From the NCBI GenBank assembly GCA_009619095.1, contig WJOT01000078.1:6232-70231 (forward strand): DNA of 64,000 nucleotides, given 5' to 3'. A program made the translations under genes and the position numbers. Below the pieces are notes generated by a model. That model saw only the letters and a list, made by a program, of their open reading frames with translations. It was not told the DNA's origin and did not search any database. How positions within the stretch are numbered: the stretch's first letter is position 1; each line of letters opens with the position of its first letter. Origin of the DNA: Clostridia bacterium. GTDB taxonomy: Bacteria > UBA6262 > WVXT01. This document shows, one piece after another, positions 28,393-37,438 of the stretch.

Positions 28393-28456
28393 GTGTAGTG
28401 TAGCCCTTTATGGGCGTCCCGATAAATCGGGACGGGGACAAGCCCCTACACTACCT
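28393..28456. repeat. Intergenic mosaic structured element (modules X+Y): TGTAGTGTAG...CGTCCCGATAAATCGGGACG...GGGGACAAGCCCCTACACTAC
   Basis: Outer 9-bp inverted repeat enclosing a CCGAT hairpin. Module X (AGTGTAGCCCTTTATGG) recurs at 40926. Confidence 0.5.
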
Positions 28457-30218
28457 ACATTGACTTTCTACTTGCCTCTATCTGCTTTTCCATTTCCTCT
28501 TCTATCAGGTCAAATTTCTCCTCTTCTTTTTCATCGATGAATTTCATCCGGGATATTCTTTCTTTCACTTTGAGCTTCAAAAGTTTGGAAAACTCCACAC
28601 CCTCCTCCAATAACTCCTTGGAAAGACGGAAAAGTTTGATTATAACTTTAAGCATTCGATACTGCTTCTTTACTCCCGTATAAGCATCCTGCGGGTCAAA
28701 GGCATGCTGATGGAGAAAATCTTCCCTTATCGACTTTGCCGTCTCTAAAATTAATCTATCCTCAGGAGAGAGCGCTTCCAATCCCACCAACCTCACCAGC
28801 TCTTCCAGAGATGATTCCTCCTGAAGGATGCGCATCGCCTCTGAGCGCAGCTGAAGATAATCTTTAGCCACTTCTTTAGATAAATATTCCTCAATATTAT
28901 CCAGATAAAGCGAATAACTGTTCAGCCAATTGATTGCCGGAAAGTGGCGCTGATAGGCAAGTTTATCTTCCAGACTCCAGAAGACTTTTACCATGCGCAG
29001 AGTTGCTTGAACCACAGGGTCGGAAAGGTCACCGCCAGGGGGAGAAACAGCACCAATTATAGAAAGGGAACCTTCTCTCTGATCCTGGCCTTGACAGATA
29101 ACCTTGCCAGAGCGCTCATAAAACCCGGCTACCCGGGCAGCCAAATAGGCAGGATAGCCTTCCTCTCCAGGCATTTCCTCCAGCCTTCCCGACATCTCCC
29201 TCATCGCCTCTGCCCAACGGGAAGTCGAATCTGCCATAATAGCTACCTTATATCCCATATCACGGAAATATTCCCCAATTGTAGCCCCGGTATAAACAGA
29301 CGCTTCCCGGGCAGCTACTGGCATATTAGAAGTATTGGCAATCAGGACAGTCCTCTTCATCAGAGACTCTCCCGTACGAGGGTCTTTTAACCTGGGCATT
29401 TCCATTAAAACATCGCACATCTCATTTCCCCTCTCTCCACAGCCAACATAAATAATGATCTCTGCGTCTGCCCACTTAGCCAGCTGGTGGAGAACTACAG
29501 TCTTCCCACTTCCGAAGGGACCAGGAATACAGGCAGTACCACCCTTAGCGATAGGGAAGAAGGTGTCGATTACCCTTGTTCCTGTGTAAAGAGGGAGAGT
29601 CGGAGGGAGTTTTTCTTTATAGGGTCTCTCCTGTCGGACAGGCCATTTCTGAAGCATACTCAAAGAAACTGTGGAGCGAGAATGGGACGGCCGAATGCGG
29701 GCAATGGTCTCCTCTACCCTGAATTCTCCCTTAAGAATCTCCACAACTTCGCCCTCAACTCCCGTAGGCACCATTATCTTGTGTGTTACCAGAGTAGTCT
29801 CCTGGACTTCTCCAATTATATCACCTGAGATAACCCTATCTCCCTTCTTAACCAGAGGTTTGAACTTCCATCTCTTTTCCCGGTCAATTCCAGGGATGTA
29901 GAGTCCTCTGGTAATGTAATCTCCCGCTTTCTCTCTTATTTTGTCCAGAGGCCTTTGAATTCCGTCATAAATAGAGGAAATTAACCCGGGAGCTAACTCC
30001 ACTGATAGCGGCCCACCTGTGGATACAACGGGTTCCCCAGGACCCAGCCCAGCAGTCTCCTCGTATACCTGGATAGAGACCCTGTTCCCCTTCAACTCAA
30101 GCACTTCACCAATCAACCCGGGAGTCCCCACGCGCATCACCTCATACATTTTCACTCCCGGCAGTTCTTCAGCAACCACCAGAGGACCCGATACTTTTAC
30201 AATTTTACCTTTAATCAT
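28455..30218 (-). CDS. ntpA: V-type ATP synthase catalytic subunit A
   Basis: 587 aa with P-loop [11 protein letters not shown]-type ATPase. Confidence 0.9.
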   Translation of the reverse strand: MIKGKIVKVSGPLVVAEELPGVKMYEVMRVGTPGLIGEVLELKGNRVSIQVYEETAGLGPGEPVVSTGGPLSVELAPGLISSIYDGIQRPLDKIREKAGDYITRGLYIPGIDREKRWKFKPLVKKGDRVISGDIIGEVQETTLVTHKIMVPTGVEGEVVEILKGEFRVEETIARIRPSHSRSTVSLSMLQKWPVRQERPYKEKLPPTLPLYTGTRVIDTFFPIAKGGTACIPGPFGSGKTVVLHQLAKWADAEIIIYVGCGERGNEMCDVLMEMPRLKDPRTGESLMKRTVLIANTSNMPVAAREASVYTGATIGEYFRDMGYKVAIMADSTSRWAEAMREMSGRLEEMPGEEGYPAYLAARVAGFYERSGKVICQGQDQREGSLSIIGAVSPPGGDLSDPVVQATLRMVKVFWSLEDKLAYQRHFPAINWLNSYSLYLDNIEEYLSKEVAKDYLQLRSEAMRILQEESSLEELVRLVGLEALSPEDRLILETAKSIREDFLHQHAFDPQDAYTGVKKQYRMLKVIIKLFRLSKELLEEGVEFSKLLKLKVKERISRMKFIDEKEEEKFDLIEEEMEKQIEASRKSM

Positions 30219-30244
30219 CTTTTATCTCCAGGAAATCATCACTC

Positions 30245-30568
30245 TCAACCCACGCCCTGTGACTCTGAAAATATATCTGCTCCCACCGCCCTAATAGCTA
30301 TCTTCCTTAACTTCTCCAAACCTAACTTTTTCTCTTGAATCCCAGGGATAATAGTAATATCCACCTTTGCCATTTTTGAGACTTCATCAATCTTTTCCAG
30401 AAAAGCCTTAGCAAAAGTCTCTGTAATATAAACTAATGAATAGTCTCCTTTGCCAATTGCATCAAGCGCTCTGGCTACCTGGGAACTGTCACTCACAGGA
30501 AAGATAGAGAAACCCACTCCCTTAAAACCCCAGATGAAATCTCTCTCCCCAATTATTGCCAGCTTCAT
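30245..30568 (-). CDS. ntpF: V-type ATP synthase subunit F
   Basis: 107 aa, MKLAIIGERDFIWGFKGVG. Confidence 0.8.
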   Translation of the reverse strand: MKLAIIGERDFIWGFKGVGFSIFPVSDSSQVARALDAIGKGDYSLVYITETFAKAFLEKIDEVSKMAKVDITIIPGIQEKKLGLEKLRKIAIRAVGADIFSESQGVG

Positions 30569-30587
30569 TTCTCTTTCCTCCTGCCAC

Positions 30588-31604
30588 TTAAAGGTTGCGG
30601 CTACTGATATAAACCTCCCTCAGTTTTTCCTTGATTATTTCCGGAAACAATCCATTAAACTTACCTACTATGACCGTCCTGAGGTTCTTAACTTCCATCT
30701 CCTTAGCCACCAGATAGCCAATTAAGGGTTCAATACCAAAGCTTATATATTTTGCTTTTTTGACGAAGTTTAACAGGTAATCATCGAATAACTTTTCTAA
30801 AAAAGAGAAGCTTCCGCTTTTCTTCCAACTTTCAATCCCATCCTTTACTATTCCGTAATAATCCTTGAATCTCAGGCTATCGACAAAGCTCTCCAGGGAA
30901 CCTGCAAACGATTTTAAGAAATGGCCTCTCTCCAAGAGCCCTCCAGAAATCAAGCGATTCTTTAGAAAGTCTCTCCCCTTATCCATCTCCTTCAGTCTCA
31001 AGAAAGTTCTAATATTGGTGAGGTCAATTTGAATTAAAAAGAGTCTCTCCAGAAATTCACACTTTGCCTGCTGTGATACCTGAAGACAGTGAGAAAGGTA
31101 TATCTCATCGAGAGTAGTGTCGATTAGCTGGATATTTTTTTTAGAACTATTATAGATTCCTTCTATTTCTTGGAGAGTTCCTGCTAAAAGTGGAGGTAAT
31201 CTGCCGTAATTACCGGTTTCCACCGCTTCTACAAGCTCTTCCCGATTAACTACGGAGGGAGCCAAATAGTATTCCTCCTTCACGGAAGCTCCGCACTTTT
31301 TCTTAAAAGCAACCTTTATATTATGGAAGTCGTTTCGTAAAATGAATAAATCTGTTAACTGGGAATCGTGTGTCAGTTCAGAAATCAACCCATAAACACT
31401 CTCCATATGGAGAGAGAGATGCAAGTCGAAATCCTCCTCCTGTTTAACCAGCGCCAGCCCCTCTCGATAATCTGTATCGCTCAAACCCTTGAGTGCTTCT
31501 TCAACATTTTCCGCCTCGAGAATACTTAACAGTTTAGGAAGATCGAGTAGTCTTACTTCTTTTGCTCTTATCTTTCCCACAGCATAAGCATAACGATTAT
31601 CCAT
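30588..31604 (-). CDS. ntpC: V-type ATP synthase subunit C (V0 d)
   Basis: 338 aa, helical, at the operon position of the C/d subunit. Confidence 0.8.
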   Translation of the reverse strand: MDNRYAYAVGKIRAKEVRLLDLPKLLSILEAENVEEALKGLSDTDYREGLALVKQEEDFDLHLSLHMESVYGLISELTHDSQLTDLFILRNDFHNIKVAFKKKCGASVKEEYYLAPSVVNREELVEAVETGNYGRLPPLLAGTLQEIEGIYNSSKKNIQLIDTTLDEIYLSHCLQVSQQAKCEFLERLFLIQIDLTNIRTFLRLKEMDKGRDFLKNRLISGGLLERGHFLKSFAGSLESFVDSLRFKDYYGIVKDGIESWKKSGSFSFLEKLFDDYLLNFVKKAKYISFGIEPLIGYLVAKEMEVKNLRTVIVGKFNGLFPEIIKEKLREVYISSRNL

Positions 31605-31686
31605 ATGAGACCTCAGGACGCTCCGATGAATCCCGCCCCTGAGAGCAGGGGCTGGATGAATCGGAGCGACTACCTTTTGAAAACTT

Positions 31687-32283
31687 TTATGTAAACAGGA
31701 GTTTTATAACTTCCTCTTCTGTCTTCTCCCGTAAAGACCTCAATATGTTTTCCCAGGAGTTGCTTATTTCTATCTTTCCCGATTTCAAAATAAATCCATC
31801 AGGAATAGACGCTGGCTCAGGAGATAACTTCAGTTTGCCCTTTTTACCAGCTTTCACCAATTCAGCATTTACGCTGTTAATCAATTTCTGATCGATTCTT
31901 TTCCTGTCATTTTTGCCAACAACTACCAACTCCTCGCCGCTCTGGCAACTCTTTAGCATAATTCTGTTTACCAACTTTCGATAATCTCTGCCGTTCAAAT
32001 TCCTTATTCTCTTCTCTACTTCCTGATAAACCTCTCCCAAAATTCTCTGCTTCTCCCCTAGTATACGCTTGCGTGACTCTAAAGAGGCTAAGGTCACAAT
32101 TCTTTCCCCACCCTTGCGGGCATTCTCTATCCCTTCCCGGGTGAGCTCACCAACCACCCTTTCTGCTTCTCGTTTGCCCTCCTCGATTATCCGGGAAGCT
32201 CGGGACTCTGCTTCGTCGATAATTTTTCTTATCTCTTTGTCATTATCCTGGATAATCTTCTCAAGAATTTTTTCCAGAGGCAT
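31687..32283 (-). CDS. ntpE: V-type ATP synthase subunit E
   Basis: 198 aa, charged coiled coil followed by a globular C-terminus. Confidence 0.8.
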   Translation of the reverse strand: MPLEKILEKIIQDNDKEIRKIIDEAESRASRIIEEGKREAERVVGELTREGIENARKGGERIVTLASLESRKRILGEKQRILGEVYQEVEKRIRNLNGRDYRKLVNRIMLKSCQSGEELVVVGKNDRKRIDQKLINSVNAELVKAGKKGKLKLSPEPASIPDGFILKSGKIEISNSWENILRSLREKTEEEVIKLLFT

Positions 32284-32340
32284 AAGATTTCCTCAAAAAT
32301 TATAGGAGAGCTTTTATTGTCCACCATTAATTAAATGGCG

Positions 32341-32817
32341 TCAACTTCCCAGGCGAATCCCTGTAAGGAGAAAGAAAGAAGTTACCAAGCCCAAAAGTGC
32401 GTATGTTTCTACTAAAGCTGCATAAATTAATGCTCTCATTTCTGCTCCCGGCTGTTTTGCTGCCACCCCTATTCCAGCAGCACAAACCTTTCCCTGATGA
32501 ATAGCCGAAATCAGCCCGGAAAAAGCAATGGGCATGCAAGCGCCAAAAATTTGCAGGCCTTGATATAAGCTAATAACAGGAATTTCCCCAACCAGAAGAC
32601 CCAATTTAATAATAACTAAAAACCCAACCACGAAACCATAAAACCCTTGAGTTCCTGAAAGCGCTACCAGTAGAAACATCCTGCCAAATTTTTCCGGACT
32701 CTCAGATAGGACACCATTTGCCGCCTGACCAGCCAACCCTACGCCTATACTGGAACCAATGCCAGCCATAAATACTGCCATCGCTCCGCCAACAATAGCC
32801 ACTACCAATCCTCCCAT
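32341..32817 (-). CDS. ntpK: V-type ATP synthase subunit K (proteolipid). Start re-set to the internal Met, which has a GGGGGTGGAG RBS.
   Basis: Two hairpin repeats with conserved Glu. The RBS lies directly upstream of MGGLVVAIVGG. Confidence 0.8.
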   Translation of the reverse strand: MGGLVVAIVGGAMAVFMAGIGSSIGVGLAGQAANGVLSESPEKFGRMFLLVALSGTQGFYGFVVGFLVIIKLGLLVGEIPVISLYQGLQIFGACMPIAFSGLISAIHQGKVCAAGIGVAAKQPGAEMRALIYAALVETYALLGLVTSFFLLTGIRLGS

Positions 32818-32833
32818 CTCCACCCCCTCTACT

Positions 32834-32890
32834 GTCCCGATAAATCGGGACCTACAAAATTCCAATTCATCTGCACGGTTGAAACCGTGC
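32834..32890. repeat. Two intergenic hairpins GTCCCGATAAATCGGGAC and TGCACGGTTGAAACCGTGC, each followed by CTACAAAAT
   Basis: CCGAT-family hairpin between ntpI and ntpK. Confidence 0.5.
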
Positions 32891-32909
32891 CTACAAAATC
32901 TGAATCTTT

Positions 32910-34898
32910 TTATCTAATTACCGTATATCTCCTCTCCTCGGCAAAAGGTCTGAATTCCTCCCCTCCGCCTTGAAAAAACTTCATAAAAAACTCGAGATAC
33001 TGTAACCGTGAAGTGTGAACGTATCCTCCAAATGCATTCATCGCTATGTTAAATAAATGTGCCGGGACAAAGAGAACAATTACTAACAGAAGCCCCACAT
33101 AGGGGATTTCCGAAATGAGAGAGAAAATTTCATTAATCGCAGAAGCCAGAAGACCCGTGGTTAAACCCAAGGCGAAGAGCCTCAGATAAGAAAGTATATC
33201 GGCTAACGCATTCCCGGTTACCACCCCGTACCAGCCAAACCAGCACCAGAAGAGTTTAAACAACACTCCCTTGTTTGTAGTCCACTGATTATAAAATATT
33301 GCTAAGCTGCTAAGAGAAAATAGTCCCACACTGATTGTGACCAGAACCGGTATGGGAGGCAGAACCTTGAATAGGTAGATGGCTATAAGGAGGGGAAGCG
33401 AAACTTGTACCCCCAGGGCGGGCATCTCTCTAAAGAAAGCATTCTGCCAGTCCTTATCCTTTATCTCTCTCAACAATCTTATAGTCACTCCCGTCCACAC
33501 CTGAATAAAGCCCAGAGCTATCGCCAATCCTAAGAAAAGGAGCGAATTTTCTATGGGGTCGAAAACAACGACTGCCCCCTTCATACTTTTCAGGAAATTG
33601 AAACTTTCCGGTAATCTATCAATCATATTCCCAAACCAGCCACCAGTCACCGCACCCCAAAAAATAGCAGCCAGACCCCCGTAACCGATTAAACGGAAAA
33701 AACGCCTCCCCATCGGTCCCATCTTTAATTTCTTCAGAGCGAGCCAGGAAAATACCGCCAGAACTATGCCATATCCTGCATCAGTAATACAGAGACCGAA
33801 GAAAAGTGCAAAGAATGGTGCCATATAGGGGGTAGGATCGATACTTCCATATACGGGGCGACCAAAAAGGTCTGTAACAACTTCAAAGGGCTGAATTGCT
33901 CTACTATTTTCCAGAATCACAGGTACTTTCTCGTCCTTGCCGGGAGGAGAAACTATTATTTCTATCTCGGGATATTTCTCTTCTAAAGTTTTCTTTACCC
34001 GGCCCACCCTGTTTTCCTGAATCCAGCCGGAAAGGAAAAAGGAGCCCTTTGTCCGGGCTAAAAAATCTCCTGCTTTCTCCTTCTTCTGGAGATTATAATA
34101 GTGGTCGTGTACAGCCATAAGCTGGGCCTTGTAACGCAACAGAGAAGAGGCTTCCCTGTTCAGTTCTTTTTCCCTGTTTTCCGCTTCTCCTATCTCTCTT
34201 TCAATCTGGACAAGAAACTCCTCAGGCGAATGGTTCACTTGAGGCAAAAGAGTTTCGTAAAATTCGTACTTCTTTAGAAGAGGAATGATATTATCTTTCT
34301 CTTCTTTTAGAAAAATAAGCACCATATATACAGAAGTTTTGTTTCGTCTGACTTCACACCAGTAACTCGCTGATGAACTCTTCTCCAGTTCGCTTGAGAA
34401 CTTTTTATAATTTTTCACAGGAACGATTCCCGGAACCACTCGAGTCTTATCTGTATCCACAAGGTCAGACAAGTTTAACAATAAATCTCTCCAGGGAATT
34501 AAGACGGTCTTCTCCTCGTTAAGTCTTTTCTTTTCCACCTCTAATTCGCGAAATTCTTCTTCCAGATTCTTACACTGGGAGTAGACTTCATCCAATCTGA
34601 AAGTCTCTAAAATGTTAACCAATTCAACTTGGTCCAGAACTAACTTTTCTTGAGTTAACCCTTCCAGAAATGCGGATTTCTCCCGGAATCTGGCGAGAAA
34701 CTCGAGGAGGTATTGAATTTTTCTCAATCTGTCTTCAAAAATCGACTCCTGCCTCGATTCCATAAAATAGTCCTGGGTAAGCTCTTTCCGCAGGTCATTA
34801 ATCTCCATAACTCCCCATTTGTGGAGGAGTGCGAGCACGTTTTCCCGTATTGAATTATGTCCTATTATCTGAATTTTTTTTATCTTAGAAATTGCCAT
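32910..34898 (-). CDS. ntpI: V-type ATP synthase subunit I (a)
   Basis: 662 aa with an N-terminal coiled-coil domain and a C-terminal multi-TM domain. Confidence 0.85.
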   Translation of the reverse strand: MAISKIKKIQIIGHNSIRENVLALLHKWGVMEINDLRKELTQDYFMESRQESIFEDRLRKIQYLLEFLARFREKSAFLEGLTQEKLVLDQVELVNILETFRLDEVYSQCKNLEEEFRELEVEKKRLNEEKTVLIPWRDLLLNLSDLVDTDKTRVVPGIVPVKNYKKFSSELEKSSSASYWCEVRRNKTSVYMVLIFLKEEKDNIIPLLKKYEFYETLLPQVNHSPEEFLVQIEREIGEAENREKELNREASSLLRYKAQLMAVHDHYYNLQKKEKAGDFLARTKGSFFLSGWIQENRVGRVKKTLEEKYPEIEIIVSPPGKDEKVPVILENSRAIQPFEVVTDLFGRPVYGSIDPTPYMAPFFALFFGLCITDAGYGIVLAVFSWLALKKLKMGPMGRRFFRLIGYGGLAAIFWGAVTGGWFGNMIDRLPESFNFLKSMKGAVVVFDPIENSLLFLGLAIALGFIQVWTGVTIRLLREIKDKDWQNAFFREMPALGVQVSLPLLIAIYLFKVLPPIPVLVTISVGLFSLSSLAIFYNQWTTNKGVLFKLFWCWFGWYGVVTGNALADILSYLRLFALGLTTGLLASAINEIFSLISEIPYVGLLLVIVLFVPAHLFNIAMNAFGGYVHTSRLQYLEFFMKFFQGGGEEFRPFAEERRYTVIR

Positions 34899-34899
34899 T

Positions 34900-35220
34900 C
34901 TATTTTAGTTGAATTCCCGTCTCCTTTAGTATTCGACTCAGTGACTTATGGAAGCGGGGTTTTACTTTCTCCTTCAGCTTTTTTATCTTCTCTTTTTCTT
35001 TATCAGCAATTTTCTTGCTCTCTCCTCGAGCATCTTCCTCCGCTCGCCTAGCCAGTTCTTCCATTGTCTTCTGTGTCTCTTTCCTGGCTTGAGCGATTAG
35101 TTCTATTTTTCTGTTCAACGCATCCTGAATTATAGCTTCTGTCTGAAGGTGTGCCTGTTCCAGCTTCTTTTGACAATCCTTCTCCACTTCTCTTATTTTC
35201 TTAATTGACGGAGTGACCAT
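34900..35220 (-). CDS. V-type ATP synthase small coiled-coil subunit (G/H-like)
   Basis: 106-aa coiled coil MVTPSIKKIREVEKDCQKKLEQAHLQTEAII at the first position of the operon. The annotated longer ORF is a spurious 5' extension into the structured leader. Confidence 0.6.
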   Translation of the reverse strand: MVTPSIKKIREVEKDCQKKLEQAHLQTEAIIQDALNRKIELIAQARKETQKTMEELARRAEEDARGESKKIADKEKEKIKKLKEKVKPRFHKSLSRILKETGIQLK

Positions 35221-35224
35221 TTTA

Positions 35225-35440
35225 TTTAATGAAGTTAAAATTAAAAAGACCCCTTCTTCAGAGGCTGTTTTGGAGTAGCGAAACTTGTTTCGCGATAATA
35301 ACGCAGAGCAAGCTCTGCTACTCCACGCAGGCTGTAGCCGCAACCTTTCCCGCAAGGGACCCCGCCACAGGCGGAGTCCCAACGGGACATGGTAGGTTGC
35401 GTTTATATAACGCTCCGATGAATCGGAGCTACTCCTCTCC
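35225..35440 (-). ncRNA. Highly structured about 210-nt leader upstream of the V-ATPase operon (candidate cis-regulatory RNA or REP-like composite)
   Basis: As transcribed it has a CCGAT hairpin. Next, stem GCAACC/GGTTGC encloses three hairpins (GTCCC-GTT-GGGAC, CCGCC-TGT-GGCGG, TCCC-TTGC-GGGA). Then stem GGAGTAGC/GCTACTCC encloses two hairpins. Confidence 0.4.
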
Positions 35441-35442
35441 AA

Positions 35443-35530
35443 AATAGGGAATTAATAGATTATAAAAACTGGTAAGTTGTAAATATCTATAGTAGAATAT
35501 AATAAATTAACCTTTAAAGTCAAGAATTTT
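35443..35530 (-). promoter_or_regulatory. Candidate promoter for the V-ATPase operon (TTGACT ... TATATT, read on the minus strand)
   Basis: sigma70-like hexamers in the divergent intergenic region. Confidence 0.3.
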
Positions 35531-35531
35531 C

Positions 35532-35561
35532 TTGACATTTTGGCTTGCTTTTTAGTATAAA
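35532..35561 (+). promoter_or_regulatory. sigma70-type promoter for ndk: TTGACA-18 nt-TATAAA
   Basis: Consensus -35 at 35532-35537 and -10 at 35556-35561. Confidence 0.5.
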
Positions 35562-35597
35562 ACAGATACCATTATAGAGAAAAATGGAGAAAATGAA

Positions 35598-36104
35598 TTG
35601 ATTCAGCAGACTTTAGTTCTCATAAAGCCGGATGGCTTAAAGAAGTCTTTAACCGGTAATATTCTAACCCGCCTCTCGGAAACAAAGTTGGAAATCGCTG
35701 CAGCTAAAATTGTCCATGTCAGCCGAGAGTTGGCTGAAGAACATTACTGCCACATGAAAGAGAAGCCATTCTTCAAAGAACTTATCAAATATATCCTGGG
35801 AGAACTCCACAAAAGGCGAAAAGTTATGGCTATGGTCTATCACGGAGAAGGCGCAATAAGAAAGCTAAGAGAAATTGCTGGTGCCACCAATCCTGAGGAG
35901 GCTGATCCCATCTCCATAAGGGGTGCTTATGGACGCATCACCACCAGTGGCATTTATGAAAACGTAATCCATGCCTCTACGAATGAAGCAGAAGCTGAGA
36001 GGGAAATAAAGCTCTGGTTTGAACCGGACGAAATAATATACCACCTGTATCCCGTTGAGGAAGTAACTGTTAAAAACGTTAAGAAGAAAGTATGGAAGAA
36101 GTAA
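35598..36104 (+). CDS. ndk: Nucleoside diphosphate kinase (TTG start, GGAG RBS)
   Basis: LVLIKPDGLKKSLTGNILTRL...MAMVYHGEGAIRKLREIAGATNPEEADPISIRGAYG. Confidence 0.85.
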   Translation: MIQQTLVLIKPDGLKKSLTGNILTRLSETKLEIAAAKIVHVSRELAEEHYCHMKEKPFFKELIKYILGELHKRRKVMAMVYHGEGAIRKLREIAGATNPEEADPISIRGAYGRITTSGIYENVIHASTNEAEAEREIKLWFEPDEIIYHLYPVEEVTVKNVKKKVWKK

Positions 36105-36150
36105 TTTGAGTCTTTAGTAGAGACGCCGCCTTATTTTCAGCTCTGGCGTT

Positions 36151-37413
36151 TTGTCTAAGAAAGGGAAGCAATTGGCTAAAAATAAGATTTACATTATTGA
36201 CGTAACTAATAGAGACGGTGTGCAGACTGCCATGCTCGGTTTGGCCAAATTAGAGAAGACGATGATCAATATCTATCTCGACGAGATGGGTATCCATCAG
36301 AGCGAGTTCGGCTTTCCCGCAACTCGCCATGAGACCAGTTATCTCAATGCCAATCTGGAACTGGTGAAAATGGGAGTCCTCAAACCGATCATCCTCTCCG
36401 GCTGGATTAGAGCAATCAAAAAAGATGTGGAAGAGGCTACTCGACTAACCAGAGTAAAACATCTGAATCTTTCCATCTCCACTTCCCAGCAGATGGTGCG
36501 GGGCAAATTCGAAGGCAGGAAGGGTAGAGAAGACATTATTAAAATGATGACTGAAGCCTGCGATAGGGCTAAAGAAAAGGGAATGGAAACATTTGGCGTC
36601 AATGCCGAGGACTCATCCCGCACTGACGACGAATATTTAATCAGGTTCGCTCAGGCAGCAAAGGAACACGGCGCCTGTCGCATCCGTTATTGCGACACCT
36701 TAGGGTATGATGACCCTTTCAGTATATATGAAAAGGTCAAACTCTTAGCTGAAGAAGTCAAATTACCAATCGAACTACACTGCCATAACGACCTGGGAAT
36801 GGCAGTAGCTTGCTCGGTGGCTGGGGCCAAAGCTGCCATCGATGCTGGAGTCGATGCCTACATCAATACTACTATTAATGGAATGGGAGAAAGGTGTGGA
36901 AATGCTGACCTTGTCTCTGTAATTTTAGCTATTAAGAAATCGAGGGGTTGCGAAAATAGATACATTTTAGACCAGAGAGTAGACGTCTCTTCTGCTTGGA
37001 AGATTGCTAAGTATGCCTCATATGCATTTGGCGTTCCCCTTCCCATCAACCAGCCAGCAGTGGGCGCAAATGCCTTTGCTCACGAGTCAGGGATACATGC
37101 TGATGGCGCATTAAAGGACCGTAGAAATTACGAACTTTATGACTTCGAGGAACTGGGCCGGGGAGAGCCGGAAATAATAGAGACAGGAAGACAGATTACT
37201 ACTGGCGAGTATAGCGGGATTAAGGGATTCAGGAATGTCTACGGAAAATTAGAGGTAAAATTTAAGGACGATAAAGAAGCAAGAAAAATCCTGGAACTTG
37301 TCCGTTACGCCAATGTCCACACCCAGAAGCCTCTCACCGATGGGGAGCTTCGCTTTATAGCCAAATATCCTAAACAGGCAAAGAAGATATTGACCGTTAC
37401 ACCTCAGGTATAA
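36151..37413 (+). CDS. Homocitrate / citramalate / isopropylmalate synthase-family enzyme (HMGL-like catalytic domain only)
   Basis: IIDVTNRDGVQ...HCHNDLGMAVA... (DRE-TIM barrel). 420 aa, with no LeuA regulatory domain. Confidence 0.65.
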   Translation: MSKKGKQLAKNKIYIIDVTNRDGVQTAMLGLAKLEKTMINIYLDEMGIHQSEFGFPATRHETSYLNANLELVKMGVLKPIILSGWIRAIKKDVEEATRLTRVKHLNLSISTSQQMVRGKFEGRKGREDIIKMMTEACDRAKEKGMETFGVNAEDSSRTDDEYLIRFAQAAKEHGACRIRYCDTLGYDDPFSIYEKVKLLAEEVKLPIELHCHNDLGMAVACSVAGAKAAIDAGVDAYINTTINGMGERCGNADLVSVILAIKKSRGCENRYILDQRVDVSSAWKIAKYASYAFGVPLPINQPAVGANAFAHESGIHADGALKDRRNYELYDFEELGRGEPEIIETGRQITTGEYSGIKGFRNVYGKLEVKFKDDKEARKILELVRYANVHTQKPLTDGELRFIAKYPKQAKKILTVTPQV

Positions 37414-37438
37414 GGCTATGGGGGAAGGAGAAATTTCT

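Noticed and set aside
35300-35370. Cloverleaf-like three-hairpin structure closed by GCAACC/GGTTGC, considered as a tRNA
   Set aside because: The hairpin loops are only 3-4 nt and there is no 7-nt anticodon loop or T-loop consensus. It is kept as part of the structured leader instead.
34900-35442. 180-aa version of the first V-ATPase gene (MERSSSDSSERY...)
   Set aside because: The first 74 codons lie in the hairpin-rich leader (35225-35440) and have no RBS. The coiled-coil protein starting at MVTPSIKK (35220) matches the size of V-type G/H subunits.
36121-36150. Hairpin plus T-run after ndk, considered as a terminator
   Set aside because: The next gene's start codon follows immediately at 36151, so it more likely forms part of a short intergenic or attenuator region. 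Support is too weak to call.
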